A DNA stretch of 64,000 nucleotides from Raja brachyura. Taxonomy: Eukaryota. Numbering within the stretch: position 1 is the stretch's first letter; each line of letters opens with the position of its first letter. The translations under genes were made by a program, and so were the position numbers. Of the stretch, positions 24,773 to 38,600 are shown piece after piece. Under the pieces are notes generated by a model, which saw nothing but the letters and a program-made list of their open reading frames with translations, did not search any database and was not told the origin of the DNA. The stretch spans positions 1,054,001 to 1,118,000 of the forward strand of contig OY740789.1 in NCBI GenBank assembly GCA_963514005.1, given 5' to 3'.

Positions 24773-25660
24773 CATAGAAACATAGAAACATAGAAATTAA
24801 GTGCAGGAGTAGGCCATTCGGCCCTTCGAGCCTGCACCGCCATTCAATATGATCAAGGCTGATCATCCAACTCAGTATCCTGTACCTGCCTTCTCTCCAT
24901 ACCCTCTAATCCCTTTAGCCACAAGGGCCACATCTAACTCCCTCTTAAATATAGCCAATGAACTGGCCTCAACTACCCTCTGTGGCAGAGAGTTCCAGAG
25001 ACCGACCACTCTCTGTGTGAAAAAAGTCCTTCTCATCTCAGTCCTAAAGGATTTCCCCCTTATCCTTAAGCTGTGACCCCTTGTCCTGGACCTCCCCAAC
25101 ATCGGGAACAATCTTCCTGCATCTAGCCTGTCCAACCCCTTAAGAATTTTGTAAGTTTCTATAAGATCACCTCTCAATCTCCTAAATCCTAGAGAGTATA
25201 AACCGAGTCTATCCAGTCTTTCTTCATAAGAAAGTCCTGACATCCCAGGAATCAGTCTGGTGAACCTTCTCTGCACTCCCTCTATGGCAATAATGTCCTT
25301 CCTCAGATTTGGAGACCAGAACTGTACGCAATGCTCCAGGTGTGGTCTCACCCAGACCCTATACAACTGAAGTAGAACCTCCCTGCTCCTATACTCAAAT
25401 CCTTTTGCTATGAAAGCTAACATACCATTCGCTTTCTTCACAGCCTGCTGCACCTGCATGCCTACTTTCAATCTGAAAGTAGGCATGCAGGTCTGAAGAA
25501 TGGTCTCGACCCGAAACGTCGCCTATCTCCTTCGCTCCTTAGATGCTGCTGCACCCGCTGAGTTTCTCCAGCCTTTTGTGTACCCTGCCTACTTTCAATG
25601 ACTGGTGTACCATGACACCCAGGTCGCGCTGCATCTCCCCTTTTCCTAATCGGCCACCAT
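24773..25660 (-). mobile_element. 5'-truncated CR1 carrying a hammerhead mini-element insertion
   Basis: ORF 24872-25486; CR1 sequence resumes at 25586. Confidence 0.9.
25491..25585 (+). ncRNA. Penelope-derived mini-element with minimal hammerhead ribozyme motif (stem II mismatch)
   Basis: CTGAAGA-A-TGGT-CTCG-ACCC-GAAAC-GTC at 25493-25520; 14-bp TSD tgcctactttcaat at 25459-25472 and 25586-25599. Confidence 0.72.
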
Positions 25661-26599
25661 TGATTGATTGATTGATAGAACGAGATGAGGAAACATTTTT
25701 TTACATAGAGATTTATGAGTCTGTGGAATTCTCTGCCTCAGAGGGCGGTGCAGGCAGGTTCTCTGGATGCTTTCAAGGGAGAACTAGATAGGGGTCTTAA
25801 AGATAGCGCAGGACTGAATGACCTGCTCCTGCACCTGTTATTTATTGTCTATTGTTATTCCGCATGGGACATGCTCCAGGGAAATATTTGTAACGCGATT
25901 TCATGAACAACAGTGTTGTAGACTGAAACATATTTATAGTAACGGATCATAGCTAGACACGAACATTAACGATGGATCAAGGTAGGCCATTGGGCCCTTA
26001 AAACTGGTTCAGCCTTCAACCCAATCATTGCTGTCTGATTCTTCCAAATATTATTCGATCCCTCCAACTCCAGGAACTGCATCTAGCAGGTTTGTGAATG
26101 GATGTAATGAGTGTCCATTCGGTCGTTTAATCAATTGCATTTCTCACTTTCAGTCCAGAGTGGCTTTGGGTCTAAACTGTCAGAAGAGCACAATTAAATG
26201 ATGAATCCTAAAGACCCATTGGTTATCCAATTGCGTCGCCAGGTCAGGGTACGAGACGCGTGTTGCTGGGCAGATCTTGGAGTTGTTAGTTTGCAGTCAG
26301 CAGCTCTGTGCATCGGGCTGGAATCAGTACATTCATTTCTCTAAATAATCCACAGGTGCTTCCGTTCAGTTACCTCCTGCTCTTTGCCAAGGGTCGAGTG
26401 TTGGACTCCAGCCACATCATACGTGGGGGAAAGGTGAAATGAAATGGAATCAGAATAAATATGAATAAATATGAAATGCCTTTTTTTTTTTAATTCAGCT
26501 TGAACGGTGAGTTCTGAGGCTAATAAAATGAAGTGAGGCACAGATGCGGCAGGGAAAACGTAACATTTTGGCCGATCATTCATGATCAAGTTGAACGAC

Positions 26600-29500
26600 C
26601 AATAAGCAATAAGCAATAGCAAGGAGAGACATTCGTTTGGATGTTGTATAATCAGCATGGGTAGAACTGTGAAATAGCCAAGGGCAGGAAACGCTTGTTG
26701 GAGTTGTATACAGACCCCAAACAGCAGGATGGAGGTTGGGGATAGCATCAAGCAGGAAATGAGGGATGCGTGCAGCAAAGATACTGCGGCTATCATGGGT
26801 GACTTTAATTTACCGATAGATTGGGCCAACCACATTGATAACAGTGCTGAGGAGGATTTCCTGGAATGTATACGGGATGGGTTTTTAAACCAATATGTAG
26901 AGGAACCGACTAGAGGGCAGGCTGGGCATTGTATAACAAGGAAGGATTAGTTAGCGCTCTTGTTGTACAAAGCCCCTTGGTCAACCGTGACTATAATATA
27001 GTGGAATTCCACATTAGAATGGAGAGGGACACGGTTAATTCACAGACCGGGCTCCTGAACTTGAATAAAGAAGACTTTGAAGGTATGAGACGGGAACTGG
27101 CTCGGAGAGACGGGCACATTGTATTTAAAGGGTTGACAGTGGAGATGCAATAGCGAAGATTTAAAGATAAACTCCAGAAATTGTTAGAGTCACAGAGTCA
27201 TAGTGTTCCAGTCATAGTGTGGAAACAGGCCCTTCGGCCCAACTTGCCCACATCGGCCAACAATGTCCCAGCTATACTAGTCCCATTTACCTGCGCTTGC
27301 TCAATAGCCCTCCAATCCATGTCATATCAATGTACCTGTCTAACTGTCTTTTAAATGATGGGATAGTCCCAGCCTCAACTACCTCCTCTGGCAGCTTGTT
27401 CCATACACCCTCCACCCGTTGTGTGAAAATATTACCTCTCGGATTCCTGTTAAATCTTTTCCCCTTCACCTTGAACCTATGTTCTCTGGTCCTTGATTCC
27501 CTCACTCTGGGCACAAGTCTCGGGGCATCTTCCCGATCTATTCCTCTCATGATTTTGTACATCTCCATAAGAGCTCCCCTCATCATCCTCCTGCGCTCCA
27601 TGGTGAAAGAATAAAACTGGGAAGGAGGCTTAACCGTGGCTGAGGAGGGAAGAGAATGATACTGTTAAATCCAATGTAGAGGCATATAAATTGGCCAGAA
27701 GAAGCGGCAAATCAGGGGACTGGGAGAAATTTGGAACTCCAACAGAGGAGGACAAAGGGCTTAATTAAGATGGGGGAAGAGCATGAAAGAAAGCTTGTGG
27801 GGTAAAAACAGCAAACTATAAAATCTGACGGTAAAAGTTTATTTTGGTATGTAAAAAGAGAAAGATTAGCGAATGTAGGTCCCTTACAGTCAGAGACAGG
27901 TGAATTTATAATTAGAAACAAAGAAATCGCAGAACACTTAATCCTCGGTCTCGCAGAAATACTAGGGACCGAGGATCTAGTGGGAGGGAGGATCTGAAGG
28001 GAATCCACATTAGTCAGAAAATGGTGTTAGGTAAACTGTTGGGACTGAAGGCAGATAAATCCCCATCAGATAAATCTGATGGTCTGCATCTTAGACTCCC
28101 CAAGAAGGTGACCCGGGGATGCATTAGTGATCATTTTTCACTGTATTCCCGACTGGATCAGTTCCTGTGGACTGGAGGGTAGCCAATTTTAAGAAAGGAG
28201 GGAGAGAGAAAACGGGGAATTGTAGACCAGTTAGCCTTACATCGGTAGTGGGGAAGATGCTTGAGTCGAATGTTAAAGATGTAATAGCAGCGCATTTGGA
28301 AAGCATTGACGGGATCGGTCAAAGTCAGCAAGGGGAAACCATGCTTTACTAATAGTTTAGAATGTTTTGAGGATGTAACAAGTAGAATGGATAAAGGAGA
28401 CCCAGTGGATGTGGTGTATCCAGACTTGCAGAAAGCCTTTGACAAGGTCCCACAAAAGACATTAGTGTGCAAGATTAGAGTACACGGTATTGGCATGGAT
28501 AGAGAACTGGATGGTGGACAGGCAGCAAAGAGTAGCAATTAATGGGTCCTTTTCAGAATGGCAGGCAGTGACTAGTGGGGTGCCACAAGGCTCGGTGCTG
28601 GGACCCCAGTTGTTTACAATATACATCAACGATTTGGACGAGGGAATTAAATGTAACCTCTTTAAGTTTGCGGGTGATACAAAGCTAGGTGTCAGTGTGG
28701 GCTGCGAGGAAGATGCTATGCGGCTGCTGGGCTTATAGCATCTTGTATAGGTTGGGTGAGTGGGCAGAAGCATGGCAGATGCAGCATAATGTGGATCAAT
28801 GTGAGGTTTTCCACTTTGGTGGCAAGAACAGGAAGGTAGATTATTATCAGAATGGCGTCAGATTAGGAAAAGGGGAGATGCAATGGGACCTGGGTGTGCT
28901 TGTACATCAGTCACTGAAAGTAAGCATGCAGGTACAGCAGGCAGTGAAGACAGCGAATGGCATGTTGGCCTTCATTGTGAGAGGATTTGAGTTTCGGAGC
29001 AAGGAGGTCCGACTGCAGTTGTGCAGGGCCCTGGTGAGACCACACCTGGAGTATTGTGTGCAATTTTCGTCTCCTAATTTGAGGAAGGACATTCATGCTA
29101 TTGAGGGAGTGCAGCATAGGTTCACCAGGTTAATTCCCAGGATGGCGGAACTGACATATGATGAAAGAACGGGTTGACTGGCCTTGTATTCGCTGTAATT
29201 TAGAAGGATGAGAGGGAATCATGTAGAAACATATAAAATTCTTAGAGCATTGGACGGGGTAGATGCAGGCATAATGTCCCGATGTTGGGGGTGTCCAGAA
29301 CTAGGGGTCACAGTTTAAGATTTTAAGGGATAGGCCATTTCGGACTGAGATGAGGAAAAACTTTTTCACCCAGAGAGATGTGAATCTGTGGAATTCTCTG
29401 CCACAGAAGGCAGTGGAGGCCAAATCACTGGATGTTTTCAATAGAGAGTTAGATTTACATCTTAGGACTAACGGACTCAATGGACATGGAGAGAAAGCGG

Positions 29501-29619
29501 GAACGGGGTACTGATTTTGGATGATCAGCCATGATCGTATTGAATGGTGGTGCTGGCTCAAAGGGCTGAATGGCCTACTCCTGCATTTATTTTCTATCTT
29601 TCTATGTTTGTATGTTTCT
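26600..29619 (+). mobile_element. Degenerate long CR1 with an antisense CR1 nested at 27187-27603
   Basis: APE motifs (IMGDFN) and RT motifs (PQGSVLGP) spread over broken frames; (tttctatg)-like tail. Confidence 0.85.
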
Positions 29620-30290
29620 AACGCATAATCTGAGATTGAACGGCCCACTCATGCGATCTATCTGTTACCTTTTGTCCTCCTATGTTTTATCAGATTCATT
29701 TTAACTCGCTGCCATATCGATCAGGTTCCCCGTGTCTTCTCCAAGACTACTGTTGCCCATTAAATCCATGTGGGGAAAACTAAATTAACTTTATTAACGC
29801 CTCACACTGCCCTCTAATTGTCTGTTTTTATGTGTTTCTGCACAAACGGTCTGTATCATAAGAGTACGCATTGAATAAGTGATAGAATAATTATGCATAC
29901 GGAAGGAATGCATTTAAGATTCGGCCGAATCTGAATATCCCCCGTCTTCTACATTTTCTGTGGCGGAATTATGAACGATGGGCAAGAGCTCACCGTGTAC
30001 CTGAAAGGAAACACCTGTGTCGGCCGTGCTGCTAAATTAATCCGGCACTTTCAGCCTGCTGCTCAATCACTGAAAACTGATGGTGAATAACAACTAACAA
30101 CATAAAAAACGACCTCGCAATCTACATCTCGCAAACCTCCAGCTACCGATCGTATTGGCTACATGCTGCATCATTTTGATTAAACTGTCAGGAGTACACA
30201 TTCTGATCATGTAAATCCCGGCTACTGTGTTTGATTGGGATTAGCTTTCACGTGTACAGTGGGATCAATGTCTCTTGGATTCTGTATGGA

Positions 30291-33200
30291 ATAGAAACAT
30301 AGAAACATAGAAAATAGGTGCAGGAGTAGGCCATTCGGCCCTTCGAGCCTGCACCGCCATTCAATGTGATCATGGCTGATCATCCAACTCAGTATCCCGT
30401 ACCTGCCTTCTCTCCATACCCCCTGATCCCTTTAGCCACAAGTGCCACATCTAACGCCCTCTTAAATATAGCCAATGAACTGGCCTCAACTACCTTCTGT
30501 GGCAGAGAATTCCAGAGACTCACCACTCTCTGTGTAAAGAATGTTTTCCTCATTTCGGTCCTAAAGGAATTCCCCCTTATCCTTAGACTGTGACCCCTTG
30601 AATCTGTTTAGAGATTATCTGACACAGAGTTACAGTATAAGGTAGATCATATAATGGGTATGATTGCTAGTCACACACCACACAGATAGTGTACAAGGTT
30701 GTACAAGGCATTGGTGAGACCAAATCTGGAGTATGGTGCACAATTGTGGTCGCCCAATTATAGGAAGGATGTCAACAAAATAGAGAGGGTACAGAGGAGA
30801 TTTACTAGAATGTTGCCTGGGTTTCAACAGCTAAGTTACAGAGATAGGTTGAATAAGTTAGGTCTTTATTCTCTGGAGCGCAGAAGGTTAAGGGGGGACT
30901 TGATAGAGGTCTTTAAAATGATGAGGGGTAGACAGAGTTGATGTGGACAAGCTTTTCCCTTTGAGAATAGGGAAGATTCAAACAAGAGGACATGACTTTA
31001 GAATTAAGGGACAGAAGTTTAGGGGTAACATGAGGGGGAACTTCTTTACTCAGAGAGTGGTAGCGGTGTGGAATGAGCTTCCAGTGGAAGTGGTGACGGC
31101 AGGTTCGTTGGTATCATTTAAAAATAAATTGGATAGCCATATGGATGAGAAGGGTATGGAGGGTTATGGTATGAGTGCAGGCAGGTGGGACTCAGGGAAA
31201 AAAGTTGTTTGGCACGGACTTGAAGGGCCGAGACGGCCTGTTTCCGTGCTGTAATTGTTATATGGTTATAGTGACCTGAATAAAAATGTGTAAAATACCG
31301 AATGGATGCTCATTATCTTCCAGTTTAGCGAAGACCAGAGGTGTCCACATTGTTTCCCTTTGCACACTGAAGCCGAGTACATGAAGTGAACGCTTCTGCG
31401 TGGCGGTCACTGGGTGATATAATGTAGGCGTGTGTGAAAATGTAAAACATATCTGGGATGATCAGTGGGGTCTGGATTCCATGTTCTTTAGCCAGAGCAC
31501 ACAGACACAGAGTACACAAAATCGACCAACACTGCGATCCATGTATTCCCCGCGTATTTTCCTGCACCAGTCATCTCTTTCTGACTATTGAGTGCGGTAG
31601 AAATACTCCTTTGGCGCATGCACTGCCATGCGCTTGTGTTAAACCTATCAACCCTTATGATTTAATTGTCATTTAATTGTATATTTCACATTGTTTTAGT
31701 AAAGTAATGCACCGCAATATAACAACATTTATGAAAGGAAAGGATTTATGAAAGATGGAATCATGCTTGACTAATCTTCTGGAATTTATTGAGGATGTGA
31801 CAAGTAAAATGGATGAAGGGGAGCCAGTGGATGTAGTGTATCTAGACTTTCAGAAAGCCTTTGATAAGGTCCCGCACGGGAGACTGGTGACTAAAATTAG
31901 AACACGTGGTATTGGGGTAGGGTGTTGACATGGATAGAAAATTGGTTGGCAGACAGGAAGCAAAGAGTAGGAGTGAACTGGCCCTTTTCAGAATGGCAGG
32001 CAGTGGCGAGTGGAGTGCCGCAAGGCTCGATGTTGGGGCCGCAACTGTTTACCATATATATTAGGTATGTTACAAAAATTACATTCAGTGGCGCTGCAGT
32101 TCTGTCACTGGCCGTGTGCGCGACTTTGCCGCCTTTGGGGGGGGGGGGGGCGGGGTTAAAATGCGGTTTTCCAATGCCATCCGGAATTATATTTTCTCGG
32201 AGTGCGAGCTATTTCTGGAGATTCGTTCCGACTGCCGGTAAGTGATTTTTTTTTTAAATCGCCCGACTATTTCAGCGCTGCAGGAAAACAAAAATGAGCT
32301 CCTAATGCCGTGAACGCCGACAACGGGGACGGATTTTACGTAGGGGACAGGTAAGTGAAAGCTGTTTATTTTTACATATAAACTTGCTTTTTTAGATTAC
32401 CTTAATCAACATTTCATGTTGCGAAACGGTGATTTAGTCCCCATACAAACCGGCAGTGTTTTTCCTGCCGATATTGGGTTTAAATTCACCGCAACCGCAA
32501 CCTTCCAATCAATTGTGTTCCAGAAAAACCCACTCGCAAGCTGTTTAAAATGCCCATTAATTTACGGGCATTAAACACTAAATTCCTTCAATTTGGCCTA
32601 TAAATTCATAACAATGAGATTTAAAAATCATGTTATATTGTGAATTGTTGTGTGAATGTTATTTGGACATTAAAAAAAATGTAGGCTTAAAAAAGAAAGT
32701 TAATCTTTTCTTAAGAAATAATTCTAGTTATTGAATTTTGTAATTAGTTGCAACTGGATAACTAACTAATTATCTGCTTTAATTTCAGGTCATCCAAGTA
32801 AGATTGTTTCATATTCATTTCAGAATGCTTCAATCTATAATAACTGAAAATGTCTTTCAGTTCTCTTAATTTTTAAGAAAGTTATGGGCTTTTAACTGTC
32901 CTCGATCACAACTTTTGTCAATGGAAAAGCAATAGGGAACAAGTTGCTAATTTCCGTGTATGAAAATGGCCCTAACTTTTTTAATACTGAAGATATGAAA
33001 GTAAATTAGATGTCAAATTAAACTTCTTTTTATGCTTTATCTGATGGGATAAATTGCAGACTTAATTTTTTAAATCTCAAAATTTTGTAACATTGCTATA
33101 TATATATATTTGATTTGGAAGAGGGAATTAGGAGCAACACTAGCAAGTTTGTGGATGACACAAAGCTGGGTGGCAGTGTGAACTGTGAAGAGGATGTTAG

Positions 33201-34655
33201 GAGGTTGCAGGGGGACCTGGACAGGTTGAGTGAGTGGGCAGATGTGTGGCAGATGCAGTATAATATAGATAAATGTGAGGTTATCCACTTTTGTGGCAAA
33301 AACAAGGGGGCAGATTAATATCTCAATGGGGTTAGGTTAGGTAAGGGGGAGGTACAGCGAGACCTGGGTGTCCTTGTACACTGGTCACTGAAAGTTGGCG
33401 TGCAGGTACAGCAGGCAGTGAAGACAGCTAATGGAATGTTGGCCTTCATAACAAGAGGATTTCAGTACAGGAGTAAAGAGGTTCTTCTGCAGTTGTATCG
33501 GGCTCTGGTGAGACCACGTCTGGAGTATTGTGTTTCGGTCTCCTAATTTGAGGAAGGACATCCTTGTGATTGAGGCAGTGCAGCATAGGTTCATGAGATT
33601 GACCCCTGGGATGGCGGGACTGTCATATGAGGAAAGATTGAAAAGACTAGGCTTATATTCACTGGAGTTTAGAAGAATGAGGGGATATCTTATAGAAACA
33701 TGAAAAAAATATAAAAGGACTGGACAAGCTAGATGCAGGAAAAATGTTCCCAATGTTGGGCGAGTCCAGGACCAGGGGCCACAGTCTTAGAATAAAGGGG
33801 AGGCCATTTAACATAGAAACATAGAAATTAGATGCAGGAGTAGGCCATTCGGCCCTTCGAGCCTGCACCGCCATTCATTATGATCATGGCTGATCATCCA
33901 ACTCAGTATCCCGTACCTGCCTTCTCTCCATACCCTCTGATTCCCTTAGCCACAAGGGCCACATCTAACTCCCTCTTAAATATAGCCAATGAACTGGCCT
34001 CAACTACCCTCTGTGACAGAGAGTTCCAGAGACCCACCACTCTCTGTGTGAAAAAAGTCCTTCTCATCTCGGTCCTAAAGGATTTCCCCCTTATCCTTAA
34101 GCTGTGACCCCTTGTCCTGGACCTCCCCAACATCGGGAACAATCTTCCTGCATCTAGCCTGTCCAACATCTTAAGAATTTTGTAAGTTTCTATAAGATCA
34201 CCTCTCAATCTCCTAAATTCTAGAGAGTATAAATCGAGTCTATCCAGTCTTTGTTCATAAGACAGTCCTGACATCCCAGGAATCAGTCTGGTGAACCTTC
34301 TCTGCACTCCCTCTATGGCAATAATGTCCTTCCTCAGATTTGGAGACCAGAACTGTACGCAATACTCCAGGTGTGGCCTCACCAAGACCCTATACAACTG
34401 AAGTAGAACCCCCCTGCTTCTATACTCAAATCCTTTTGCTATGAAAGCTAACATACCATTCGCTTTCTGAAAGCTAACATACCATTCGCTTTCTAGACTG
34501 AGAGTATTTGATTTAAGACTGTGAGAAAAACCTCAGAGAGTTAACCCAGAGAGTTGTGAATTTGTGGAATTCCCTGCATCACAATGAATGGCGGTGCTGG
34601 CTCAAAGGGCCGAATGGCATCCTCCTGCACCTATTTTCTATGTTTCTATGTTTCT
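30291..34655. mobile_element. CR1 insertions specific to duplication copy 1 (30291-30600 -, 30699-31270 +, 31744-34655 + with a nested minus copy ~33810-34494)
   Basis: CR1 ORF fragments and tails; absent at the matching positions of copy 2. Confidence 0.85.
32062..33098. mobile_element. Non-autonomous DNA transposon (~1.04 kb) with imperfect TIRs, inserted in a TA run of a CR1
   Basis: Left end taggtatgttacaaaa versus right-end reverse complement tagcaatgttacaaaa. The host CR1 is split at ccatatatat / tatatatt tgatttggaagagg. No transposase ORF. Confidence 0.65.
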
Positions 34656-35247
34656 AAAATCAATGATTAAATTATACTTTATTGCCCAATATTCACTGCT
34701 TTAGTTGCCGTGAATTTCTTTATGTTTGCATACAATCTAGTAAAATCGCACAGCAGCCCTCATCTAGGTAATGCACAAAGAGTCGCCATGTTTCTGGCAC
34801 AGAGAAAGTTACAAAATGTCTATTGAACCGACATCGATGGCAGGTCAGTCAAAAGCCAATTTATTTGCACGGATAGAATCCGTCCGTGATTTCACCATCA
34901 CAGCTAAGCATTAGCGGTATATCCGCTGGAGTCACTCCGTGGGCAATGACACCACTGGTAAATACATGGTTATCTCCATAAACATTGTTCCTTCCAATGC
35001 TACAAGGGCAGAGGGATGTACTGCTAATATACTGAGCAAAGCCCTCGCGACTGTCTTTCAGACAAATATTATAGGGGAGGGTAACCCTTGACGTGACCCG
35101 ATGACAGTTCACTAGACTCTCTCCCATGAATGGGCTGGGACAGATGCAGCGTTGGTTGGATGTGGAGACGAGATCCATCAATAAGCTATAAAGCGCACAG
35201 AGCGTGTATTTAGTGTGGTGCTCCTGCTCATGTCCTAATCTGCACAC

Positions 35248-35525
35248 TGCCACACAGTTGCACCGATCCAGGTTCGATCCTTACCTCGGGAGCTGTCTGT
35301 GTGGAGGTTGCAACCACGTAGATTTCCTCCGGGAGCTCCGGTTTCCTACCACATCCCAAAGATATACGGGTCTGTAGATGCAATGGGCTGTGCATTATTG
35401 CCTTTTATATGTTCGATGTGGATGAGAAAGTGGGGTAACAATAAACTAGTGTGAACGGCAGGTCGATGTTCGCCATGGACTCGTTAGGCACAAGGGCCTG
35501 TATCCATGCGGCATCTCAAAAATTA
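35248..35525 (+). mobile_element. tRNA-derived SINE (HE1/V-SINE type), degenerate
   Basis: B-box ggttcgatcc, core tcctccgggagctccggtttcctaccacatcccaaag, CR1-like tail gggcctgtatccatg. Confidence 0.7.
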
Positions 35526-35639
35526 ACATTAAATATATCCACAAGGATAGATACCTAAAGCGGCTATTTCCATGATTTCTCATGAATGCTTCTCTTGCAC
35601 TGCTCACTCTTCTACGCCCGAAAACATTCCCAGGTCATT

Positions 35640-38600
35640 GAAAATGTAGATGATGAGGATCGTGTTAAATCCAATAAAGAGGCATAAAAACTGGCCAGAG
35701 GAAGCAGCAAACCGGAGGTCTGGGCGACATTTAGAATTCAACAGAGGAGGACAAAAGGTTTAATTGAGGGGGGAAATAGAGCATGAAAGAAAGCTTGCGG
35801 GGAATTTAACAACTGACTGTAAAAACCTTTAAAGATATGTGAAGAGGAAGAGATTAGTGAAGGCAAATATAGGTCCGTTACAGTCAGAAACAGGGGAATT
35901 TATAATGGGAAACATGAAATGGCAGACCAGTTAAACGAGTGCTTTAATTTTGTCTTCACTAAGGACAACACAAACAATCTCCCAGAACAACGAGGGGAGC
36001 GAGGATCTACTGGCAGGCCGTGACTAGTGGGGTGCCGCAAGCCTCGCTGCTGGGACCCCCGTTGTTTACAATATATATTAACGATTTAGACGATGGAATT
36101 AAATGTAACAATAAGTTTGTGGGTGACACAATGCTGGGTGGCAGTGTGGGCTGCGAGGAAGATTCTATGAGGTGCGGGGTGACTTGTATAGGTTGGTTGA
36201 GTGGGAAGAAGCAGGGCAGTGCTGTCTAATGTGGATTCATGTGAGGTTATCCACTTTGGTAGCCAAAACAAGAAGGCAGATTATTCGTCAGATGATGAGA
36301 AGGGGAGGTGCAACGAGGCCTAGCTGTGCTTGTACATCAGTCACTGAAAGTGAGCATGCAGGTACAGTAGACAGTGAAGAAAGCTAGTGGCATGTTGGCC
36401 TTCATAGCGAGAAGATTTGAGCTTAGGAGATTCTACTGCAGTTGCACAGAGCCCTGGTGAGACCCCACCTGGAGTATTGTGTGCCATTTTGATCCCCTAA
36501 TTTGAGGAAGGACCTTATTGCTATTGAGTGAGTGCAGCATAGGTTCAACATGTTAATTCCCGGGATGTCGACTGGACTTGTATTTGCTGGAGTTTAGTAG
36601 GATGAGGAGGATCTTATAGAAACATATAACATTAGTAGAGCATTGGACAGCGTAGATGCAAGCATGATGGTCCCGATGTTGGGGGAGTCCAAAACCAGGG
36701 TCACAGTTTAAGATTAAGGGATAGGCCATTTAGGACTGAGATGAGGAAAAAACGTTTTCACCTAGAGAGGTGTGAATCTGTGGGATTCCCTGCCGGAGGA
36801 GGCAGTGGAGGCCAAGTCACTGGGTGTGTTCAAGAGAAAGTTAGATTTAGCACTTAGAGCTAACGAATTCTAGGGATATGGGGAAAATGCTGGTACTGAG
36901 TTTGGATGATCTGCAGTGATCATATTGAATGGTGATACTGGTTCAAAGAGCCGAACGGCCTACTCCTGCACCTAATTTCTATGTTTCCAACCTGTAATCT
37001 GAGATCGAACGGCCCACTCATGCAATTCATCTGTAACCTTTTGTTTGCTTATGTAATATCAAATTAATTTTAATTCGGTAACATATCGATTATCTTCCCC
37101 ATTTCTTCTACAAGACTACAGTGGTCCATTAAATCAAAGCGGGGAAAATTAAATTAACTTTATTAACACCTCACACTTCCCTCTAATTGTTTGTATTTAT
37201 GTGGCTCTGCAGAGATGGAAACATAGAAACATAGAAATTAGGTGTAGGAGTAGGCCATTCGGCCCTTCGAGCCTGCACCGCCATTCAATATGATCATGGC
37301 TGATCATCCAACTCAGTATCCTGTACCTGCCTTCTCTCCATACCCCCTGATCCCTTTAACCACATCTAACTCCCTCTTAAATATAGCCAATGAACTGGCC
37401 TCAACTACCTTCTGTGGCAGAGAATTCCAGAGACTCACTACTCTCTGTGTGAAAAATGTTCTCCTCATCTCGGTCCTAAAGGAATTCCCCGTTATCCTTA
37501 GACTGTGACCCCTTGTTCTGGACCTCCCCAACATCGGGAACAATATTCCAGCATCTAGCCTATCCAAACCCTTAAGAATTTTGTAAGCTTCTATAAGTCT
37601 TCTAAATTCTAGCGAATACAAGCCGAGTCTATCCAGTCTTTCCTCATATGAAAGTCCTGACATCCCAGGAATCAGTCTGGTGAACCTTCTCTGTACCCCC
37701 TCTATGGCAAGAATGTCTTTTCTCATATTTGGAGACCAAAACTGTACACAATACTCCAGGTGTGGCCTCACCAAGACCCTGTACAACTGCAGTAGAACCT
37801 CCCTGCTCTTGTACTCAAATCCTTTCGCTATGAATGCTAACATACCATTTGCTTTCTTCACTGCCTGCTGCACCTGCATGCCTACTTTCAATGACTGGTG
37901 TACCATGACACCCAGGTCTCGTTGCATCTCCCCTTTTCCTAATTTGCCACCATTCAGATAATAGTCTACCCTCATGTTTTTGCCACCAAAGTGGATAACC
38001 TCACATTTATCCACATTATACTGCATCTGCCATGCATTTGCCCACTCACCCAGCCTATCCAAGTCACCTTGCAGCACCTAGATAGTCCTTATTATCATAA
38101 GAATGCGCATTAAATAAATGATAAAAATGACTGATAGTATAAGGAATGAATGAATGCATTTCAGATTCTGCCGAATCAGAATATCCCCCCCCTTCTACAT
38201 TTTCCGTGGCCAAAGACAAAACATTTCATTATGAACGATGGGCAAGAGCTCACCATGTAACTGAAAGGAAACACCTGTGTCGGCCGTGCTGCTAAATTAA
38301 TCCGGCACTTTCAGCCTGCTGCTCAATCACTGAAAACTCTGATGGTGAATAACAACTAACAACATAAAAAACGACCTCGCAATCTACATCTCGCAAACCT
38401 CCAGCTACCGATCTTATTGGTAAAATTTTATAATAAGATTATAATATTCTACAGACAGTTCCAGGTGACTCACATTGACCAGAAAGTCACAATTCAGCCA
38501 TTCAGCAAATACCCGCCTTTGGTAAACGACATCTCTATTTGTTAAACTGTCAGGAGTACACATTCTGATCATGTAAATCCCGGCTACGGTGTTTGATTGG

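Noticed and set aside
29991-30030. CACCGTG as an RSS heptamer
   Set aside because: No acceptable nonamer at 12- or 23-nt spacing, and the paralogue reads CACCATG.
34861-35253. 130-aa minus-strand ORF
   Set aside because: No recognisable domain, and the frame is not preserved in the duplicate at 39230-39545.
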